From assembly GCA_002502625.1 (NCBI GenBank), contig DAPV01000046.1:1-55129 (forward strand): 55,129 bases of DNA, given 5' to 3'. The stretch is from Euryarchaeota archaeon UBA125. Lineage in GTDB: Archaea > Thermoplasmatota > Poseidoniia > Poseidoniales > Thalassarchaeaceae. Shown piece after piece: positions 49,871-55,129 of this stretch (position 1 is its first letter; each line of letters begins with the position of its first letter). The notes under the pieces are model-generated. The model was given only the letters and a program-made list of their open reading frames with translations. It had not been told where the DNA came from and searched no databases. The position numbers and the translations under genes are program-made.

Positions 49871-50926
49871 TTATTCAGGGATATGTTTTCGATGCCATCC
49901 TTCCGGCAAGGATAACGGATCATCAATTACATCTGCTCCAATTATTTCAATAAGGTGAGAACGAAGAGAATCTAATCCCCATCCTTCAGTAGCGCTAATA
50001 GCAAAATTTCCAGACTTGGGATTGTATAAGTCGCTTTCATTCAAACCTAAAAGGTCCATTTTTCCATCAACTAATACGACTGGAGTATCATCCAAAAAAA
50101 CTCTTACTTCTTCTAGAAGATTCATTTGAGATTCCATAGAAGTACCTCCTTCTTCTGAAGGATCTAAGAGAAATACCGCAACAGATCCTACATTCTCTAA
50201 AGCAGCAATAGCTTGCATTTCAATTTCATTTCTTTCAATCATTGGCCGATCCAATAGTCCAGGTGTATCCACCATCTGATATTTTCTCCTCCTATGTTCA
50301 AAATGTCCAACGTGTAATGTCTTTGTTGTGAAAGGATAAGAGTTCACCTCTGGTTCACCAGTAGATAATGAAGAGATAAGTGCAGATTTACCCACATTGG
50401 GGGAACCTGCAACAACAATACAGGGATCTGTCGCATCAATATTAGGAAATTCACGCATGATATTTCTTGCATCATTTAACCATGCAAGTTGAGGGCCAAT
50501 TTGTCTAAGAATCGAGGCACATCGACCATAAATATGCTTTCTTCGATCATGAAATTCTTCGATACTTCGGTGTTTTGCCATTCTACTCTGGCCCTCTCGA
50601 TTTAATTCATTGATTTTATCGGCAGCCCATTGAATACCACCTAAATTTTGCTTGAATTCATCTCTACCTACTGCAGCATCTACCAATGCAGCATCAAACG
50701 AACTTAGTCTATCGAGGCTAGGCCATTTAGAAACCCATTTTTTCAGAGTAGTTTCTAGAATATCACAAGAAGATTGTATCATAGCGAGCATCTGCTTTCT
50801 TACTCGATGATATTTATCAGGATCGTCAACAAGGTTGGCTTTTTTTGTGGCTGCAGAGAACGCCTTATCCATTAATTCATCAGGTTGGAGAACAGTCGGA
50901 ATTTTACGCCAATTTACCGCGACCAT
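49871..50926 (-). CDS. NOG1-family GTPase
   Basis: GSPNVGKS, YPFTT, DTPGLLDRP..ERNEIE. Confidence 0.9.
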   Translation of the reverse strand: MVAVNWRKIPTVLQPDELMDKAFSAATKKANLVDDPDKYHRVRKQMLAMIQSSCDILETTLKKWVSKWPSLDRLSSFDAALVDAAVGRDEFKQNLGGIQWAADKINELNREGQSRMAKHRSIEEFHDRRKHIYGRCASILRQIGPQLAWLNDARNIMREFPNIDATDPCIVVAGSPNVGKSALISSLSTGEPEVNSYPFTTKTLHVGHFEHRRRKYQMVDTPGLLDRPMIERNEIEMQAIAALENVGSVAVFLLDPSEEGGTSMESQMNLLEEVRVFLDDTPVVLVDGKMDLLGLNESDLYNPKSGNFAISATEGWGLDSLRSHLIEIIGADVIDDPLSLPEGWHRKHIPE

Positions 50927-51036
50927 GCCTCCACCTCAGATTAACGGGGAAGTCCGGCATTCTTGAAGACCAATCCTCAAAAACACGAATAAAAGGTAAT
51001 GCGACGGTTCATAGAGGGTCCCAAGAGTCGACGTAT

Positions 51037-51468
51037 ATGGCGCGTGAACTGCCTCAATGGGCTCAGCAAGAATTGGGAAAGATGGGAATCGATGACGCAT
51101 CTTCATTCGAAGATAAACTATACGGTCCTATTGCAGATAGAAAATCAGGATTACGTAGAGACGATCTTGTGGAGATTTTACTCGATGCTCGTTCCATCAA
51201 CTTGCTCGAAATTGACCCATGGATTCGAGGAAGACTAATTTCATCACATAAATCGTCTATCGAAATCCTTGATGATGAAGGTCGATTTCGAGCAATCGCT
51301 AGAGAAGTTGTAGTAGAAGTTCGTTTAATCGCCCATACTCGTCCATTATACATCGATGATGAAGAATTAATGACGTTCGAACGTTCTGAAGCAAGAAGAA
51401 GAAATGAGATTCAAGAGCAAGTTGAAAAATTAGCATCTAATAGTCATGAAAGCCATCAATGGGGATAA
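51037..51468 (+). CDS. Conserved-looking hypothetical protein, possible Sm-like fold
   Basis: Start moved to ATG 51037; IRGRLISS...IEILDD...AIAREVVVEVRLI. Confidence 0.65.
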   Translation: MARELPQWAQQELGKMGIDDASSFEDKLYGPIADRKSGLRRDDLVEILLDARSINLLEIDPWIRGRLISSHKSSIEILDDEGRFRAIAREVVVEVRLIAHTRPLYIDDEELMTFERSEARRRNEIQEQVEKLASNSHESHQWG

Positions 51469-51469
51469 T

Positions 51470-51796
51470 ATGAATCTACACGAAAAAAAATGTAAAGCCT
51501 GTGAAGGCGGAGTCCCACCGTTATCTCACGATGAAATTGAACCATTATACTCCTCTTTAAATCCGGAATGGGAGGTCATAGATGCACATCATCTACGACG
51601 AGTTTGGACGTTTGATGATTTCGCTACTGCACTAGTATTTCTTAATTCAGCAGCCCAAATATGTGAAGAAGAATTTCACCATGCTGATTTTGAAATTGGA
51701 TGGGGGAAAGTAACTGCAGTGATTTTTACTCACAAGATAGATGGATTAACAGAATCTGATTTTATCCTAGCAGCTAAATTCGATACTCTGGAATAG
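51470..51796 (+). CDS. Pterin-4-alpha-carbinolamine dehydratase
   Basis: CKACEGG, EEFHHAD, THKIDGLTESDFILAAK. Confidence 0.9.
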   Translation: MNLHEKKCKACEGGVPPLSHDEIEPLYSSLNPEWEVIDAHHLRRVWTFDDFATALVFLNSAAQICEEEFHHADFEIGWGKVTAVIFTHKIDGLTESDFILAAKFDTLE

Positions 51797-51804
51797 GAAT
51801 CTGC

Positions 51805-52374
51805 ATGAGTAGTTTACAGAATCTTCTGAACAGCAGGAGAACTATTTACCATTTCACTAATCAGGAAATTAAGGATGCAGATTTAGAAATTGCTTTTGAG
51901 GCAGCAAGTAATGCTCCTTGCCATAAACAAACTCATCCTTGGAATTACTATATCCTAGGTGAAAAAACAAGAGAATCTCTTCTACCAACTGTAGTATTAC
52001 TTGCAGAAGATAAACACAAGAAAAAAAAAGATTCGGAAACAAAGTATGTTTCAAGAGCAGTATCGAAAATTATTGATGTCCCGGTAATCATTGCTGCAAC
52101 AACAAAACTCTCCCCAGATGACTCTTTTCGGGAAGAAGAAGACTATGCAGCTACTGTTTGCTCTCTGCACAATCTTGTCCTCTCATTATGGGATTTAGGA
52201 ATAGGATCACAGTGGAGTACTGGTGGAATAACGAGACATAAATCTACATACGAAATTTTGGGAATTAACCAACAAAAAGAGAGAATTATCGGATTTCTAA
52301 AAATTGGTTATCCAAAAGATATTCCAATAAAAGAAAAGAAAAAAGTATCAGAAATAAGGAAATATCTGCCATAG
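51805..52374 (+). CDS. Nitroreductase family protein
   Basis: SRRTI, APCHKQTHPW, EEDYAA, GIGSQWST, FLKIGYP. Confidence 0.87.
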   Translation: MSSLQNLLNSRRTIYHFTNQEIKDADLEIAFEAASNAPCHKQTHPWNYYILGEKTRESLLPTVVLLAEDKHKKKKDSETKYVSRAVSKIIDVPVIIAATTKLSPDDSFREEEDYAATVCSLHNLVLSLWDLGIGSQWSTGGITRHKSTYEILGINQQKERIIGFLKIGYPKDIPIKEKKKVSEIRKYLP

Positions 52375-52405
52375 AGATGATAGAATAATACTTCTTGGAC
52401 AGGGT

Positions 52406-52738
52406 ATGAGTAGATGGGCATATCTAGGACTAGCAATCATTTCTGAAGTGATTGCAACGACGTCTCTAAAATCAACTGAAGGATTCACTAAATTTCTCCC
52501 ATCCACTATTGTTGTAATTGGATACTGTGCAGCATTCTATTTTTTATCACTTACTTTAGATTCAATACCAATTGGAGTAGTATATGCTATATGGTCCGGA
52601 GCAGGAATAGTAGGAATTGCTATTTTATCGTGGATTATTTATGGACAGAATTTAGATTTAGGAACTGGAATAGGTATGGCGCTAATTATCGCAGGAATTA
52701 TTGTGATGCGTTTGTATAGTAATGTGGACTTTGCGTGA
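52406..52738 (+). CDS. SMR family small multidrug transporter (EmrE/Qac-like)
   Basis: 110 aa, 4 TM, AIISEVIAT with membrane Glu, KSTEGF, YAIWSG. Confidence 0.9.
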   Translation: MSRWAYLGLAIISEVIATTSLKSTEGFTKFLPSTIVVIGYCAAFYFLSLTLDSIPIGVVYAIWSGAGIVGIAILSWIIYGQNLDLGTGIGMALIIAGIIVMRLYSNVDFA

Positions 52739-52742
52739 TTTA

Positions 52743-53768
52743 ATGACACAACGAAAACGAGCAGTTTACTCTCGAAAGGGAGGACCGAATGTTATTGAAA
52801 TAATTGAAGAAGAGATGTCTTCTCTAAAGTCTGAACAAATCCGTATTGACGTTCACTATGCAGGAATTAACTTTGCAGATTTAATGATGAGAGTTGGGCT
52901 TTATGGAGCTGCACCTGCATTTCCATTCACCCCTGGATACGAAGTCAGTGGAATAATCTCTGAAATAGGTAATTCTGTAAAAAACCTAAACGTTGGAGAT
53001 GCAGTAGTTGCAATGACTCGTTTTGGAGGATATTCTACGTTTGTTGATGTAAACCCAGAACAATGTTTCATTCTTGATGGAGAGAATGATCTTGTTTCAA
53101 CGGCTGCGATTCCAGTAACTTATGCTACGGCTCACCACATGCTCGTACACCTCGGAAAAATCAGGCAAAGTGATTCGGTATTAATTCACCATGCAGCAGG
53201 AGGCGTGGGTTCAGCTGCTGCTCAAATAGCAAAAGCCAAAGGTGCAGGGATTTTAGTTGGAACTGCATCATCAAACAAGAAAGAATTTGTTGAACAACAG
53301 GGAATGATTCATATTTCTAGAAATGATGATTTTGTTGAGATATCTAGAAATTTGACCAATGGCAAGGGAGTAGACCATGCATTAGATCCTGTTGGAGGAA
53401 AACATCTCATGCAATCTTATCGAGCGTTATCTAAAGGTGGGAAATTATACACATTCGGGGCATCTTCTGCAATTCCTGGAAAAAGAAGAAACATGTTTGC
53501 TGCTTTGAAAATGTGGTGGCAAATGCCAAAATTTGACCCTTTAAGAATGATGAATTCAAACAAAGCAGTGTTTGGAGTTCATCTTGGAACGTGGGAAAAG
53601 GATGAAATCATGAGGGAACAAATGGAAGATATTGTTGAAATGTACCGAAATGGAAATCTCACACCCATCGTTGATTCAATTTTCAAATTAGATGAGGTAT
53701 CTAAAGCACATTCTTACATGCATGAAAGAAAAAATAAAGGAAAAATTCTACTTGATTGTCGAAATTAG
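52743..53768 (+). CDS. MDR-family NADPH:quinone oxidoreductase-like protein (VAT-1-like)
   Basis: GINFAD, PGYEVSG, HAAGGVG, GKILL; no catalytic Zn cysteines evident. Confidence 0.85.
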   Translation: MTQRKRAVYSRKGGPNVIEIIEEEMSSLKSEQIRIDVHYAGINFADLMMRVGLYGAAPAFPFTPGYEVSGIISEIGNSVKNLNVGDAVVAMTRFGGYSTFVDVNPEQCFILDGENDLVSTAAIPVTYATAHHMLVHLGKIRQSDSVLIHHAAGGVGSAAAQIAKAKGAGILVGTASSNKKEFVEQQGMIHISRNDDFVEISRNLTNGKGVDHALDPVGGKHLMQSYRALSKGGKLYTFGASSAIPGKRRNMFAALKMWWQMPKFDPLRMMNSNKAVFGVHLGTWEKDEIMREQMEDIVEMYRNGNLTPIVDSIFKLDEVSKAHSYMHERKNKGKILLDCRN

Positions 53769-53784
53769 ATAGGAGGGTCTTTTT

Positions 53785-54738
53785 ATGCAAGATCTAAAGC
53801 AATCTAAAACACGAAAAATACTCATTGGATTGGTTATTGCAATTATTCTAATATCTAGTGGGCCTAGATTAGATTCTGATTTAGGACATGAATGGATAGT
53901 TGGTGATGATAGACCACTAATAATAGCTCATAGAGGAGGTAGCATAATTTTCCCTGAAAACACAATGGTTGCTTTCGATGGTGCTGCAAAATTGGGAGTA
54001 GATGTAATTGAAATGGACTTTCAGCTTACATCTGACAATAAATTAGTAACAATGCATGATGATTCAGTTGATAGGACCACAAACGGAACTGGTTTGGTAA
54101 GAGCAATGAATTTAGAGCAAATTCAAAATCTAGATGCATCTACAAATTTCTTAGATATTAACGGTGAAAACCCTTGGAATAATACTCATTTACCCCCCTT
54201 AACAATCGAGCAAGTATTGGATAGATTCCTAGATTCCCCTCATAGATTTAGTTTCGAAATAAAGAATGAAGGATTAGAAGGAGAAATTGCTGCTGAAGTA
54301 ATGTATGAAGCAATACAAATTCGTCAAATGGAAAAACGTGTAGAAATTGGTTCGTTCCATATCGAATCCCTACATGCTATTAGGAATTTAAGTGAAGGGG
54401 ACATAGCAACATCTGGTGCTGAATCTGAAATAGAAAAATGTATCCTCTTCCCAATGATACAATTAGATAGATGGTGGCTTGATCCGGGATCTGCTTCTGT
54501 TCTTCAAATCCCGATGGAATGGAGTGGAATTAATTTAGCAACTAAAGGAATTGTTGAACGAGCACATCAACATGGCCAAGCAGTTCAATACTGGACCATT
54601 AACGAAAGAGAATCCATGGACCATCTTATCGAAATCGGAGCAGATGGAATCATGACTGATGACCCTATTCTTCTGCGAGAGGCAGTTCTAGATGCTGGTT
54701 TTGAATTACCCGAATCTTGGGAATATAACCAATCATAA
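53785..54738 (+). CDS. Glycerophosphodiester phosphodiesterase with N-terminal anchor
   Basis: IAHRGG..FPENT, EMD, HD..VDRTTNG, EIK, WTIN, GIMTDDP. Confidence 0.92.
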   Translation: MQDLKQSKTRKILIGLVIAIILISSGPRLDSDLGHEWIVGDDRPLIIAHRGGSIIFPENTMVAFDGAAKLGVDVIEMDFQLTSDNKLVTMHDDSVDRTTNGTGLVRAMNLEQIQNLDASTNFLDINGENPWNNTHLPPLTIEQVLDRFLDSPHRFSFEIKNEGLEGEIAAEVMYEAIQIRQMEKRVEIGSFHIESLHAIRNLSEGDIATSGAESEIEKCILFPMIQLDRWWLDPGSASVLQIPMEWSGINLATKGIVERAHQHGQAVQYWTINERESMDHLIEIGADGIMTDDPILLREAVLDAGFELPESWEYNQS

Positions 54739-55128
54739 ACGAATTGGCCTAGTAGCGCCGCATGCTTGGCACTTCATTAGAGTAGTTCGCTCTTCTTTTA
54801 CGAAATGTGTATCTGGAGCATTGCATTGATTACACAAAATATATGACTTAACATAGTTGACAATCTTTCCTCTGATTCTTTTTGGGGGAATTCTTCCCTT
54901 GAACATCACACGTGCGGATTCTCTAGTTCCCGATGTTCCCAACTCATTAAGCAAAAATTGATACACATGATTAGGATCTCTATCCATTTTGGAAATTAAT
55001 TCAGAAAAGTTTCGAATTATAGTTTGGTTCCCTTCAATTAGAATTTCAGGGTCAGGGAGAGTCCAACGAGCACGCTCACTAATTTCAGTCGGGATTTTGT
55101 CTCTAGCACGATCCAACAGAGACTCATA
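54733..55128 (-). CDS. eif2b: Translation initiation factor aIF2 beta subunit, 5'-truncated by the window edge
   Basis: YESLLDRA at the edge, TIIRNF, ELGT, CNQCNAPDT...CQACGA. Confidence 0.93.
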   Translation of the reverse strand, partial: YESLLDRARDKIPTEISERARWTLPDPEILIEGNQTIIRNFSELISKMDRDPNHVYQFLLNELGTSGTRESARVMFKGRIPPKRIRGKIVNYVKSYILCNQCNAPDTHFVKEERTTLMKCQACGATRPIRL

Positions 55129-55129
55129 C

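Noticed and set aside
50845-51036. N-terminal extension of ORF 50845-51468
   Set aside because: It overlaps the start of the GTPase gene and the divergent promoter gap; ATG 51037 is more plausible.

Overview
A gene-dense, AT-rich archaeal chromosomal segment. Archaeal markers are aRF1, aIF2-beta, an XPD/Rad3 helicase, a NOG1-type GTPase, an archaeal-type tRNA-Leu(UAA) and DUF2116. Giant TSP3-repeat surface proteins, a SAP-domain fusion and bacterial-type catabolic genes suggest marine Thermoplasmatota such as Marine Group II/Poseidoniales; this lineage call is an inference. The window holds an acyl-CoA carboxylase cluster, gdhA, an HD phosphohydrolase, three large membrane-anchored surface proteins (one of 2989 aa), a lipA-E1a-E1b-E2-E3-lipB 2-oxoacid dehydrogenase operon, pterin genes, argS, pyrH and many small hypotheticals. 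I found no CRISPR array, rRNA, integrase or transposase. The best leads are: (i) a tandem ribbon-helix-helix gene with a 22-bp palindrome upstream and a hairpin-dense ~400-nt noncoding region downstream; (ii) an IscS-like protein lacking the PLP lysine but keeping the catalytic Cys, near lipA; (iii) a multi-pass membrane protein with a TerB-like segment and paired EF-hands near a BI-1/YccA gene; (iv) a transglutaminase-like domain with a degenerate triad inside the giant protein; (v) a Regnase-like NYN RNase; (vi) a 40-aa zinc-finger microprotein missed by the ORF track. All family calls come from motif recognition by eye, with no database searches.
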